Shown: positions 25,955-35,927, counted from the stretch's first letter. The stretch is 64,000 bases of DNA from a virus (IMGVR_UViG_3300032132_000001:298573-362572), one strand, 5' to 3'. A program made the numbers and translations. The notes: generated from the letters alone by a model not told the origin.

Positions 25955-26623
25955 ATGAAGCTCAAATCTTCAGTCCAACGCCGGGCTACCATAACTGAAT
26001 CACGGAAGCCCTATAGCGCCTCTTCTCTCGGTTTTGCGTACGACGCTCTAGAACCGTACATTGACGCCGAAACCATGAAGATCCACTACTCCAAGCATTA
26101 TATTGGATATTTGGAGAATCTCAACAAGGCGATGAAAGGTGTACCTACCAAGAATCGCAAGACAGTAAAAGCTCTACTTGAGAACTTTAGTAGCCTACCG
26201 AAGACTCTCAGTGACACCCGGAAAGAGACCATCAAGTTCAACGCGGGCGGAGTGGACAACCACAACGTCTTCTGGGCCAACATCGCCCCCGGAGGTGCCG
26301 TACGACCTCACGGAGAGCTTCTTTCAGCTATCACCGCCAGTTACGGCACTCTGAAAAAGTTCAAACAGCGTTTCTCAGAGCAGGCAGGAGACCATAGAGG
26401 CAGTGGTTGGTGCTGGCTGGTGAAGAAGAGTGGCGGGTTAGGAATCGTATTGACCACCGACCAGCACAGTCCCAGATTGAGTGGATGGGACCCGATTTTG
26501 GGTCTAGACGTCTGGGAACACGCCTACTATCTAAAGTACAAGAACGATCGAAAGAAGTATATCGATAATTTCTGGAAGATTGTTAACTGGAGCGACGTCG
26601 CTTCGCGATTCGCTGTAGCCTAG
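25955..26623 (+). CDS. sodB: Fe/Mn superoxide dismutase with an approximately 20-aa N-terminal extension
   Basis: AYDALEPYID...KIHYSKHY (compare SodB EYHYGKHH), NHNVFWANIAP, and the DVWEHAYYLKY Fe/Mn-SOD signature; metal ligands His/His/Asp/His appear conserved. Confidence 0.8.
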   Translation: MKLKSSVQRRATITESRKPYSASSLGFAYDALEPYIDAETMKIHYSKHYIGYLENLNKAMKGVPTKNRKTVKALLENFSSLPKTLSDTRKETIKFNAGGVDNHNVFWANIAPGGAVRPHGELLSAITASYGTLKKFKQRFSEQAGDHRGSGWCWLVKKSGGLGIVLTTDQHSPRLSGWDPILGLDVWEHAYYLKYKNDRKKYIDNFWKIVNWSDVASRFAVA

Positions 26624-27596
26624 CTTCCGACAGCATTTCTAGTTTCCGGCGCTTCGATTCTGGCTGGAAAGTAGCCCCAGTTCCGTAAGGCCCTGCTGTT
26701 CTAGCTTCACCCGCATCGGGCTGGAAGGTAGCTCCAGTACCAGGTTCTCCTGTGCCTGCACGCGCTGTCTGAGACCCCTCTTCTCCAGCAGGGCTTTTCA
26801 AGTTGATCACAAGTGAGACCATTCCGGTCTTTGGGTTCTTCCGTACTCCAACTGCGTTTGGCGGCATCCCCAGTTTGCGGGCTACCTTATCTCTTGCTGT
26901 CTGGGCGAACCCAGTGGGAGACGAAACACGCTGAAGGTGGAGGGCTCTCTTTTTCAGCTCTGGAGAAGCGAATTCTCCACCCTGAGCTGGCGCACCAGAC
27001 TTAGCCCTTGCTTGGCTTTTCTTCGCTAGAGTCCGCTTTGCCATAGCGGCTGTACCAGGTTCTGGTCTCAGTGCCTGAGATTGGAATCCCTTTTTGGCCA
27101 GGCGTGCTCTCGCTGCCGATTTCGCGTCTTTAGGAGCAGCTGGTGGTGCTGCTGGTAACACTGGCAGCGCATCTGCTTGAGACTTGTATCCTTTTTGAGC
27201 TAGTCGGGCTCTTGCCGCCTTTCCTTGTGCGGGGCTCATCCCTCTCTTACCCAGCTTATAAGGCATCTCAGACAGGATTCCCAGACCTACCAAACCTTGA
27301 GAGAGTAAACCAGGATGGATATCTTTATCGTTGACGATTGCTTCCATGATGTCATAGAAGCCGAGATCGTCTATATGGCTCTCAGCTAGTGTTTTCTTTG
27401 GGCATTCGTTGGCGAGATCGTAAAACTTCTTAGCCGTCTCAGCCCACCTTTCGAGGGTGGCACCCTCTTTGATCATCCTGTCGAGGCGGAAGACAAGCTC
27501 TTTTGCCTCATTTTTCATCATGTCCATCGGATCCCGATAAACTACAGCAGGATCATCGGAAATCAACGATGCGATGTGGTCTATGTCGTAGTCCAT
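26583..27596 (-). CDS. I(S)DDPAV-family N-domain protein with a basic Ala/Lys/Pro-rich tandem-repeat tail (337 aa)
   Basis: N-terminus MDYDIDHIASLISDDPAVVYRDP...; tail has repeats ARARLAQKGYKSQADAL / ARARLAKKGFQSQAL and GTGATFQPDAGEARTAGPYGTGATFQPESK. Convergent 41-nt overlap with sod. Confidence 0.5.
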   Translation of the reverse strand: MDYDIDHIASLISDDPAVVYRDPMDMMKNEAKELVFRLDRMIKEGATLERWAETAKKFYDLANECPKKTLAESHIDDLGFYDIMEAIVNDKDIHPGLLSQGLVGLGILSEMPYKLGKRGMSPAQGKAARARLAQKGYKSQADALPVLPAAPPAAPKDAKSAARARLAKKGFQSQALRPEPGTAAMAKRTLAKKSQARAKSGAPAQGGEFASPELKKRALHLQRVSSPTGFAQTARDKVARKLGMPPNAVGVRKNPKTGMVSLVINLKSPAGEEGSQTARAGTGEPGTGATFQPDAGEARTAGPYGTGATFQPESKRRKLEMLSEARLQRIAKRRRSS

Positions 27597-27660
27597 CTTA
27601 TCTCCTCAAGTACTTTAGATTTGCTCTGCTATTTCGTATATAATCTCCAAAGGAGGCTCT

Positions 27661-28638
27661 ATGAACATAGACTTGCACAGACATGCCGGCGGATCCATAA
27701 CGCCGGAAACAGTATGGGAAATCATTCAAAGCGACAAGAAGATGGGAAACCTGGCCGAGTCGCTAGATGATCTATACCGAATGATGACATTCAAGGATGA
27801 TGAGAAACGAAATTTCCACCACTTCTTGAAGAAATTCAACGTCCAGAATCACATAATGTGGAATGAAGCTGCGATCGACCTGACGATGAAACAAATCATC
27901 GGAGACATGCGCAAGGAAGAGTTGGAGTACTGCGAATTGCGCTTCTCTATCGACAAATACCTAAGTTACATCCCCTGGGACGAACACGAAGCTTGCCTTT
28001 TCGTTCTCCAGCGAATAGACTATTGGGCCAAGGAATTCAAGGTCAAGGTAGGGCCGGTACTCTCTATCAAGTACGAAGCATCGTACGTGACACAAAAGCG
28101 GCTCAGCAAACTGGTAAACCACTGGCGCATCGCAGAACAGCTCGTCGGCCTGGACCTGGTAGGCAACGAAGCGATGGCCAATCGGAAGAGGCTCCGGGAC
28201 ATCTATCGATATTGGAGAGCTTGCGGGAAGGGTCTTCTCGCCCATGCGGGCGAGAGTCAAGGGGTAGAAAACGTCAGAATGGCGATCCAAGACCTCAAAG
28301 TCAACAGGATCGCCCACGGCATCAGGATCGTAGATGACCCAGAGCTGATGGCACTAGCCAAGGATAACGGTATAGCGTTTGATGTGGCTATAACTTCTAA
28401 TGCCATGACTGGCGTAGTAAAAGGTGGGATTGGTCATCATCCCATTCGTAAGATGTACGAAGAAGGGCTAATTATCACCATCGGTACAGATGATCCAGTT
28501 ACCTTCTGTACCAGCTTGCCCCAAGAATACGACCTAGCCACAATGCACATTGGCCGGTCTCACCACCCCTCTACGGTGAAGCACAAGCTTATGAAAGCTT
28601 CTGTGGAGCATGCTCTAGTACCGTTATCTCAAACATAG
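27661..28638 (+). CDS. adenosine/AMP-deaminase-family metal-dependent hydrolase
   Basis: IDLHRHAGGSITPETVWEI (compare ADA VELHVHLDGAIKPETIL), LAHAGESQG (HAGE) and TIGTDDPVTF (SLNTDDP) motifs. Confidence 0.65.
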   Translation: MNIDLHRHAGGSITPETVWEIIQSDKKMGNLAESLDDLYRMMTFKDDEKRNFHHFLKKFNVQNHIMWNEAAIDLTMKQIIGDMRKEELEYCELRFSIDKYLSYIPWDEHEACLFVLQRIDYWAKEFKVKVGPVLSIKYEASYVTQKRLSKLVNHWRIAEQLVGLDLVGNEAMANRKRLRDIYRYWRACGKGLLAHAGESQGVENVRMAIQDLKVNRIAHGIRIVDDPELMALAKDNGIAFDVAITSNAMTGVVKGGIGHHPIRKMYEEGLIITIGTDDPVTFCTSLPQEYDLATMHIGRSHHPSTVKHKLMKASVEHALVPLSQT

Positions 28639-28643
28639 AGTAC

Positions 28644-29723
28644 ATGCGCCTAGAGCTATTATGTGAAAAAGAAGATCCTTGGTATGACCCAAAAAGTGGT
28701 AGGTCATTTCCAAGGAAGAGGAAGGGTGCCGACTACGTAGGCACTCATGGTCTCCGGACTATGACCCCTCCGAAGCCCGCTGGACCGCCAGGCACACCCA
28801 CTACTGCAATGCCTACCTTACACCTGACTTACCCAGACGCTAAGGAGGACAAACAGCCGTGGATCCTATATCTAGGCACTCATAGAAGTAAGCGTCACCC
28901 AAGTAAAAACAAGAATAATCCCGAAAAAGATGTAACATATGTGATGGGTATCAAGCTCAACAAGATGCTTAGAGACCCATCCTACTCGCGCTTGCTTGGC
29001 ATCATTCGAAATAGAATCCCAGATATAACTAAGCAATCTACATCTCAAGGCCGTGCTAGAAGGATTAGGGAGATCTTCAGAGCGTTTGATAGGTCCGGTT
29101 CAGACACGATGTTCAAAGGTGTTTACCGCACTTACGTGCAAGAACCTGGCTTGATTACCAAAAAGCACGGTGGCATTACAGCTTCAACTCCTGGTGAACC
29201 ATTCACCTATATGTCTATCGATCAGGTTGCCCAACAGTGGGGGTCTGATGAAGACCGAGATGAAACCATCGGGAAGATGCAGAAGCTCAAGGATCTTGAG
29301 CGTAAGATCTACGATCTCCATGGTAAGATGAATAGAGCTGACAAGCACGGGATGCCTACTGACAAATTCCAGAAGCTCCTCGACCTCCACACTGCCGATT
29401 ATCAAGAGTTAGGTGACGAGCTAGAAGCTGGTAGAGAAGAATTTGCTACCACAATGCCACAGCAACAGGCTGATATACCAGGCATCACTCCAGATCGTGG
29501 CTTGCCAGATCCGAAAGCGGTGGTGCGCCCGAAAGATCAGCGGAAAGCGATCAAACCCGGAGAAGGCATTCCCACTCTGCAACAAGATATTGAGAGAGCG
29601 AAAGAGTCTGCAGCCGCTGTTGGCACGCTTTCCTCGCCCCAAAAGGCGGCCCAAGCGCACTACGACCCGTCCTTGAACGACCCTGACTACGAAGATCTGG
29701 CTGACCAAGCCGACAAGATGTAG
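28644..29723 (+). CDS. hypothetical protein (359 aa)
   Basis: ORF; N-terminus with Pro-rich and basic low-complexity; no motif recognised. Confidence 0.45.
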   Translation: MRLELLCEKEDPWYDPKSGRSFPRKRKGADYVGTHGLRTMTPPKPAGPPGTPTTAMPTLHLTYPDAKEDKQPWILYLGTHRSKRHPSKNKNNPEKDVTYVMGIKLNKMLRDPSYSRLLGIIRNRIPDITKQSTSQGRARRIREIFRAFDRSGSDTMFKGVYRTYVQEPGLITKKHGGITASTPGEPFTYMSIDQVAQQWGSDEDRDETIGKMQKLKDLERKIYDLHGKMNRADKHGMPTDKFQKLLDLHTADYQELGDELEAGREEFATTMPQQQADIPGITPDRGLPDPKAVVRPKDQRKAIKPGEGIPTLQQDIERAKESAAAVGTLSSPQKAAQAHYDPSLNDPDYEDLADQADKM

Positions 29724-30379
29724 TGAATAATTTAGAATGGAAAGAGTTCTTCGAAGAATATAAAGAACTCAAGAGCAACGACCAAGCGGCGATACTAGGT
29801 TGTTCTTCCTCTCTTATCCGGAAGAGGAAGCGCCAACTTGGGTTGAACATGTCGCGCTCAGAAATGATGCAGGACTATAAATCACCCCAAAAAGCTGATT
29901 CTTATCCCAAAATAGGACCAGAAATTTGGGATAACCGTGATTGGTTCTATGAGCACTATGTTGTAAAGGGGCTGGGGAAGCGGACTATCGCCAGGATCAT
30001 CGATCGATCCAAGGAAATAGTGTTCCGACGCTTAGAAAGATATGGGATCCCCGATGCCCATCACGAACACAAGGTCACCAACCCATGCTGCGACGAAGAA
30101 TGGCTGGTTCGCCACTATTGCAGACGTAGAGATTACCTGAAGTGGTGTGAGGAGAACGGGCGCGACCCTCTTCCGGATGGTGGGATGGGCCTCCCGATCT
30201 ATCCTTGTGCTGAAATCGCAGGCGTAAGTAGGTATACCATCTACAACTGGCTCAGCAAGTTTGGCATCTACATTAGAGCCAACACTGAAGCAGTTTCGCT
30301 AGCCTTCTATTACAAATATTGTGATGCTGAAAGCGACGTGGAAAGCAGAACGCCTCAAGATCCTAAAATATCTGGATGA
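29723..30379 (+). CDS. hypothetical protein with three helix-turn-helix-like segments (218 aa)
   Basis: QAAILGCSSSLIRKRKRQLGL, GKRTIARIIDRSKEIVFRRLERYGI and AEIAGVSRYTIYNWLSKFGI each look like HTH units; candidate DNA-binding regulator or small terminase-like protein. Confidence 0.4.
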   Translation: MNNLEWKEFFEEYKELKSNDQAAILGCSSSLIRKRKRQLGLNMSRSEMMQDYKSPQKADSYPKIGPEIWDNRDWFYEHYVVKGLGKRTIARIIDRSKEIVFRRLERYGIPDAHHEHKVTNPCCDEEWLVRHYCRRRDYLKWCEENGRDPLPDGGMGLPIYPCAEIAGVSRYTIYNWLSKFGIYIRANTEAVSLAFYYKYCDAESDVESRTPQDPKISG

Positions 30380-31499
30380 TTGCAACGTCGTAGTAGACCA
30401 CACCCATAAAATAAAGGGTGCTGGTGAATACTTCTTTGTTAATTTCCAATCTGGCATAAAAGAATGTTGGATAGCGGGTGAGGGTGTCCATTTCGACACT
30501 GGCAAACCCTGGAAATACCCATATAGATACAATATGCCGATAGGTGATTGTCTAAACAGCATAGAAATTCCCATTTATATGGAGCACGAAACAAGAGACC
30601 TGATCAGAATCGATAGTCCTATGTTCACCATTCAGTACTCAGATATGGTGAAGGCTGGGTTCTGTCCGACTAGGATCAAGATCCATGAGCTTATATGTGA
30701 TCTGACTCTTGAAGGGTGGCGTGAACTTGAGTACCCTTTGGATATCCTGGACAAGGAATTCCAAGAACTAAAAGAAAGCAATGTAGAGAAATACCAATTC
30801 ACCCCTAATCGCTTGGTGAAGATAGCTTCCGGGGCCGTTCGGGGAAAGCGGCTATATTCGCATTTCTTTCCCTGGGGGAAATTGAGCGACGGCAATCGGC
30901 CTCCTCTCACGGTCTCGTGGGCCCACAGCTTGTTCATGTATCGTGCGATGCGATATTTGGTGTCGCGCAAGAAGAACATCAACAGGACTAACATCGTAGA
31001 CCGTCTGCAAGGGTTGCCCAGCATAAGATCTGGCCCCCGTATTCCAAATTGCAACTTCTGGAGAGCCGTGCTCCGGAGGTTCGCACCTTCAGCGAAGACA
31101 GTTTTCGATTACGAGCCGGCCTGGGGAGAGAAAGCTCTTGCTGCTGCGTGTGAAGGCTTAGACTATGGCTGGAACTGGGATAGCTATAAGCACAGTGGCT
31201 GCATGGAAGCTTTGTGCGACTTTGTCAACATCGACTTTTTAGACGTAGAGCCTGAAACTGCTGATGTAAGCATATTGAGCAGCTACACTCCGCTGGACGA
31301 GAAATCTGCTGTTGATAGGCTCAGCTCGCCATGGAAACAGGCAATTATAATCATCCAGAGAGAAGCGGCTGAAGCGATTGAGAAAAAGATGCCGCCCTCC
31401 AGAAAGCTATTCTTCGCCCCGCATCAAGCTTGGGTTTCTTACAAACCCGATTACATATTCCATTATGATACAAATATACAAAAACGGAGGTTGCCATGA
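30321..31499 (+). CDS. hypothetical protein (392 aa)
   Basis: ORF overlapping the previous gene by 59 nt in another frame; no motif recognised. Confidence 0.45.
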   Translation: MMLKATWKAERLKILKYLDDCNVVVDHTHKIKGAGEYFFVNFQSGIKECWIAGEGVHFDTGKPWKYPYRYNMPIGDCLNSIEIPIYMEHETRDLIRIDSPMFTIQYSDMVKAGFCPTRIKIHELICDLTLEGWRELEYPLDILDKEFQELKESNVEKYQFTPNRLVKIASGAVRGKRLYSHFFPWGKLSDGNRPPLTVSWAHSLFMYRAMRYLVSRKKNINRTNIVDRLQGLPSIRSGPRIPNCNFWRAVLRRFAPSAKTVFDYEPAWGEKALAAACEGLDYGWNWDSYKHSGCMEALCDFVNIDFLDVEPETADVSILSSYTPLDEKSAVDRLSSPWKQAIIIIQREAAEAIEKKMPPSRKLFFAPHQAWVSYKPDYIFHYDTNIQKRRLP

Positions 31500-31768
31500 T
31501 ACTAACAGCAATTGACATCGAGAGAAAGCTAGCTGTCGTCAACGGTTTTGTTGAGATTCCAGATGGCCAGCGCACTCTCCGCACTAAGCTAACCCCAGAG
31601 GACGTTCTCGCTCTGATTCCCGGCACTCGGCGTGTTCGCATTGGCCTTGCACCGGCACGGATTCACGACCAGGAATGGATCGTGTTTCCAACATACGACC
31701 GCTTCGCAGACGCTCAGCCACCAGCAGACTGGTTCCAGATCCTGAGGGATGCAGCTGAAGCAGCATAA
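31496..31768 (+). CDS. hypothetical small protein (90 aa)
   Basis: ATGA overlap with the upstream gene; strong SD (GGAGG) 5 nt before the ATG. Confidence 0.4.
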   Translation: MILTAIDIERKLAVVNGFVEIPDGQRTLRTKLTPEDVLALIPGTRRVRIGLAPARIHDQEWIVFPTYDRFADAQPPADWFQILRDAAEAA

Positions 31769-31781
31769 GTACATAGTATGA

Positions 31782-32789
31782 ATGGAAAAGAAAGCCTTAA
31801 TCACCGGAATAACTGGCCAAGATGGTAGTTATCTAGCAGAATTTCTACTAGATCGTGACTATGAAGTCCATGGAATTATAAGACGATCTAGTCATTTCAA
31901 TACTCAAAGAATAGACCACATCTTCGATAGGTTGCACCTATATCATGGAGACCTTTCAGACGGTCTTTCTCTTAGCGAAGTCATCAAGGGTGTGCAACCC
32001 GATGAGATCTACCATCTTGGTGCACAGTCTCATGTGAAGGTAAGCTTTGAGATTCCAGAATATACAGCCAATATCGATGCGCTTGGTACGCTGCGACTGT
32101 TAGAGGCTGTCCGTCATCATGCGCCTAAGGCGAAAGTGTACAATGCCGCTTCAAGCGAGATGTTTGGAAGCTCACCTCCACCGCAAAACGAAGAAACTAT
32201 TCTAAATCCTCAGAGCCCTTACGCCTGCGCTAAGGTATTCTCATACAATCTAATGCGGAATTATCGTACAGCATATAACATGTTCCTATCTAATGGTATT
32301 CTCTTCAACCACGAAAGCCCAAGGCGCGGCGAGACTTTCGTTACACGGAAGATTACCAGAGCAGCCTCTAGAATCTCATATCGACTACAAGATAAGCTAT
32401 TTCTAGGAAATATGGACTCGAAACGAGATTGGGGCCACGCCAAAGATTATGTGTATGGAATGTGGTTGATGCTGCAGCACGATGAGCCTGATGATTTCGT
32501 GCTTTCAATGAATGAGAGTTACTCAGTACGGCAGTTCGCAGAAGAAGCGTTCTCCTACATAGACAAAGATTACCGCGATTACATTGAGATAGACCCAAAA
32601 TACTTCAGGCCGTCTGAAGTAGACGCTCTCCATGGCGACTCATCTAAAGCGAGAAAGGTCCTTGGGTGGTATCCTTCGTTCACATTCCAAAGCTTAGTGC
32701 ACGACATGATGCAGAACGATTTGAAAATAGCTTGGGAAGAAAGAGAGATGAAGAAGGTTGCCCTTAGGCGAGAGCGAGAGTTAGAATGA
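31782..32789 (+). CDS. gmd: GDP-mannose 4,6-dehydratase
   Basis: [54 protein letters not shown] and YACAKV (YxxxK) match GMD throughout its length. Confidence 0.85.
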   Translation: MEKKALITGITGQDGSYLAEFLLDRDYEVHGIIRRSSHFNTQRIDHIFDRLHLYHGDLSDGLSLSEVIKGVQPDEIYHLGAQSHVKVSFEIPEYTANIDALGTLRLLEAVRHHAPKAKVYNAASSEMFGSSPPPQNEETILNPQSPYACAKVFSYNLMRNYRTAYNMFLSNGILFNHESPRRGETFVTRKITRAASRISYRLQDKLFLGNMDSKRDWGHAKDYVYGMWLMLQHDEPDDFVLSMNESYSVRQFAEEAFSYIDKDYRDYIEIDPKYFRPSEVDALHGDSSKARKVLGWYPSFTFQSLVHDMMQNDLKIAWEEREMKKVALRRERELE

Positions 32790-33010
32790 CAGTAAAAGAC
32801 GATATTCTCAGTATGCGTCACCCAGGGGTAGGGTATAACCCTACTAGGTTCGTAGAACTGTATGGCGCCGAGATGGTTCCAATGTCCCGGGTTGAGCCTG
32901 ACCCGAATACTTTTAGGAGCGAGTATTATTACAATACTCGGCAGAATGCGCTATACCGCAAGTTACCCACAGATGACAGTAAAGTGGTCTGGAAGCGCAT
33001 TGGTGGATAA
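32786..33010 (+). CDS. hypothetical small protein (74 aa)
   Basis: ORF with an ATGA overlap to gmd. Confidence 0.3.
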   Translation: MTVKDDILSMRHPGVGYNPTRFVELYGAEMVPMSRVEPDPNTFRSEYYYNTRQNALYRKLPTDDSKVVWKRIGG

Positions 33011-33057
33011 CATCAAATATATACAAAGCACTTTCGTGCAATTATAAGGGACTATCA

Positions 33058-35844
33058 ATGGCACAGTTCAAGATTCCGGAAAAGTCCAGCCTTACGGACA
33101 AGCAGACTGTTCAAGTCTCTGGTCCGGACGGCGTAGTAACGACCTATCAGTTTGACAGTGAAACCTGCACGCTCTATAGCCAGGCTTCACCTGTAATCAT
33201 TCCGCCTTTCCATGGCCAAACTCACATCGCAGAAGATGCGGTCCCGATTGTCACGACAGACACTCAGGGCCATATGTCCCCATCTGACAAGGCGAAACTA
33301 GATGCTATTACTCAAACTAGGGTTGGCGTTCTCGGCTTTGCAGGTTCTGGCCTTCCTGACGACGGGGGATTTCTTCAAGGTGATATCATCCTTGCGACGG
33401 GCTCTGACCTCCTCAACATCGAAAGAGTAGGGAACGTCGTAAGATTCACTCTGAATACTACACAGCAATTCTGCGGTTGCGAAGAATGCGCCCAGATCTT
33501 CTGGATCCAAGATGAGTCCGATCCAGCTCAGATTAGACCACCATCATGCGCCGGTAAGCTTCCAGGAACGAACGTATACAACGAAATGAAGGTATATCTC
33601 CTACCGGAGAATACCATCCTGGACCCATCTAACCCGGTACCGACACTAAACCAAAAGAGCTTCTTCCCAGCGATGACCTTCACCAGGTTCCCTGGGTTGA
33701 CTCCAGACCTTGCTCAATTCCACCTCGTTCTCCAGCGAAACACCAACACTACCACTAGGGTAGGCTGGAGCATGACACCGGGCACTTCCGGCAAGGTAGA
33801 AACAATCTGGTGGACCGGACTAGATGACGACGGTGAGCAAATCACCTTCGAACTAGAGCCGAACAGCGAATCCAACTTGCTTGGCATGCTGCTCTACAAG
33901 GGTCACAGCCTGACTCGTCAGATGGCGGTGGTTACCAGCTATACCTCCACCATCCTATCAACCAACCAATATCTGTGCCGCTTCTGGGACGTGAATAATG
34001 CCGGCCCGGTAGGTGATGAGTTCACAGCAACCAACGTATGGCAGTACAACAACCCAACCAACTCTGCAACATCGCTAGTCAACCCTCGCACACTCGTTTT
34101 GGACTCCTCTGTCAACCTGCTGCCTGTCGGCACGCTTGTTCAGATTTGGGAGTACCAGATTGGTGAAATCAACGGGGAGCGCCTAGTACGTCGCTTCTTC
34201 AACCTAGAACCACAACTAAGCCCAGAGACGATCTGGACCCTTGGCGGTGCGATCAAGTTTGGAGATCTGTTGACAGCTCGTCGTGAAGTAAGCCCAATGG
34301 ACCCAAGTGAGAAGGTTGCTTTCGAAGAGGAAGTGAGCGATATCCGTCTCATCGAGCGTTCAGAATGGGGTATCACCGGTTTTGAGGATCCGCTCCTATT
34401 GAGCGACGATGGTGAAGGTACGGACACCACGGTTGGTGTTCTCCAAACGGACGCCCTGACCGCGTTCAGTCTGGTAAAGGATACCGATTTCGCGGTTCCC
34501 AACCTCACTCTCACCGGAAACGGTCCTACAGGTGGTCCAATTGCTGGAGCGCTAGTAGGACGGACTTTGGTTTTCTCATCTGGTGCACATATCGGTGAAC
34601 AATTCGAGATCCTATTCAACTCGGAAGTTGATTATGTGATCTTCGGAGAAGCGCCTGACCTGGTTATTGGCGATACTTTCTTCGTGATCTCGGAAGTCCC
34701 AACGAGTGAACCGTCTGGTATCCCGATCAACAACCAGTTCGTTGCAAACATCGACCCGGATCTTCCGGGGTTGAGGGTGGAGACGTCAGACCCGTCTTGC
34801 GACAGTGAGCGTCCGGTCTACATCTGGCACAGAGGTAACCACAAGAACCTCTACGTGAAAGCGCTGGTAGGAATGCCATCGTCAAGCACGTTCCCTCCGA
34901 TGGACATACTACTAAGAGCGCCTGGTGACAGCTACGATGACACTTACCTAAATGTGATCCGCCGTGGTATTCTTACTACTGGTCGGTTTGCAGGAAGGAA
35001 CTACATCATCGTGAAGGGCGTCCACTGGAAGGATCTGCCGCCTGAGGGCACCCTGCGGATTCTGACAGGTCTTGCAAGGAATGAAATCTGGACTTACTTC
35101 GATAAAGTTGCATTCTACCTCGCTGATGACGATGCTGTCCAGTTGATTGGTGATGCACTGGTCCCCTTCTTATTCGACGAAGACTTCGAAGCGGGAACGG
35201 CTGCTCCTGACATCACCCAGGGTCTTGTAACTACCCCGGGCAGTACTACTGTGGCAGAGCTTCTTCACGAGGACTACAACGCGGCAGCGCTCCGCTTGGA
35301 GTTCTCAGTGAACGACAACAGCGAAGGTGAGAGCGTCCAGCTCCAGGTGCGGGGTGGTCTATTGGATATGGCCGAGCCTTATGAGTTCGACAGATCCGTA
35401 GATCCGGTTGATGAGTACGTTAGAGGTTTCCAACCAGGGAACTTCGCAGTAAGTGCGCTGATGACCCAGCAAGGGTTCATCGACATTGGCACTGAAACCC
35501 CGGAAGCAGAACCGGTCGGATTCAAGGTGTACAGAGGTGGATTCTCGGCGGGAACTGCCGAAGAACCATCCGAGTTCTGGAACACCCTAGAGATCATGTA
35601 TCGGGACGATCAGCTTTGGGTATGGTGGAATAACCTCTTGGTACCACCAGATCCGACGCTCTCAGCACAACTGCCAACACCAGTTGCTGTCACAACGCCG
35701 TATTTCCAGATCCAGTCGCCAATCTCGCTGGGCAAGGTGGTCCTAAGGCTGTGGCCTGGTACCACGTTCCGTGAGATGGAAATCCGCGATCAAGCTCTGG
35801 CCTTCAACGAGTTCGTCCACGGCCAGCTGGAATTGTCCACCTAA
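33058..35844 (+). CDS. large structural protein, probable tail-fibre/receptor-binding protein (928 aa)
   Basis: N-terminal region TDTQGHMSPSDKAKLDAITQ matches the GxMSxxDKxKLDxI motif that recurs in N-terminal parts of phage tail-fibre proteins; the rest is Thr/Gly/Asn-rich, beta-type composition; AAGGGA SD. Confidence 0.5.
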   Translation: MAQFKIPEKSSLTDKQTVQVSGPDGVVTTYQFDSETCTLYSQASPVIIPPFHGQTHIAEDAVPIVTTDTQGHMSPSDKAKLDAITQTRVGVLGFAGSGLPDDGGFLQGDIILATGSDLLNIERVGNVVRFTLNTTQQFCGCEECAQIFWIQDESDPAQIRPPSCAGKLPGTNVYNEMKVYLLPENTILDPSNPVPTLNQKSFFPAMTFTRFPGLTPDLAQFHLVLQRNTNTTTRVGWSMTPGTSGKVETIWWTGLDDDGEQITFELEPNSESNLLGMLLYKGHSLTRQMAVVTSYTSTILSTNQYLCRFWDVNNAGPVGDEFTATNVWQYNNPTNSATSLVNPRTLVLDSSVNLLPVGTLVQIWEYQIGEINGERLVRRFFNLEPQLSPETIWTLGGAIKFGDLLTARREVSPMDPSEKVAFEEEVSDIRLIERSEWGITGFEDPLLLSDDGEGTDTTVGVLQTDALTAFSLVKDTDFAVPNLTLTGNGPTGGPIAGALVGRTLVFSSGAHIGEQFEILFNSEVDYVIFGEAPDLVIGDTFFVISEVPTSEPSGIPINNQFVANIDPDLPGLRVETSDPSCDSERPVYIWHRGNHKNLYVKALVGMPSSSTFPPMDILLRAPGDSYDDTYLNVIRRGILTTGRFAGRNYIIVKGVHWKDLPPEGTLRILTGLARNEIWTYFDKVAFYLADDDAVQLIGDALVPFLFDEDFEAGTAAPDITQGLVTTPGSTTVAELLHEDYNAAALRLEFSVNDNSEGESVQLQVRGGLLDMAEPYEFDRSVDPVDEYVRGFQPGNFAVSALMTQQGFIDIGTETPEAEPVGFKVYRGGFSAGTAEEPSEFWNTLEIMYRDDQLWVWWNNLLVPPDPTLSAQLPTPVAVTTPYFQIQSPISLGKVVLRLWPGTTFREMEIRDQALAFNEFVHGQLELST

Positions 35845-35902
35845 ACGGTATTTCAATGACGCTATGACGCACTTTCTCTAGCACTAAAGCCGCAGTACCC
35901 AT

Positions 35903-35927
35903 GGATCACGTGATCCTAGGCTTTTTT
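35903..35927 (+). terminator. rho-independent terminator candidate after the 928-aa gene
   Basis: GGATCACGTGATCC palindrome (GGATC stem, ACGT loop) followed by TAGGCTTTTTTACT; then the strong SD GAGGAGG before ATG 35945. Confidence 0.45.
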
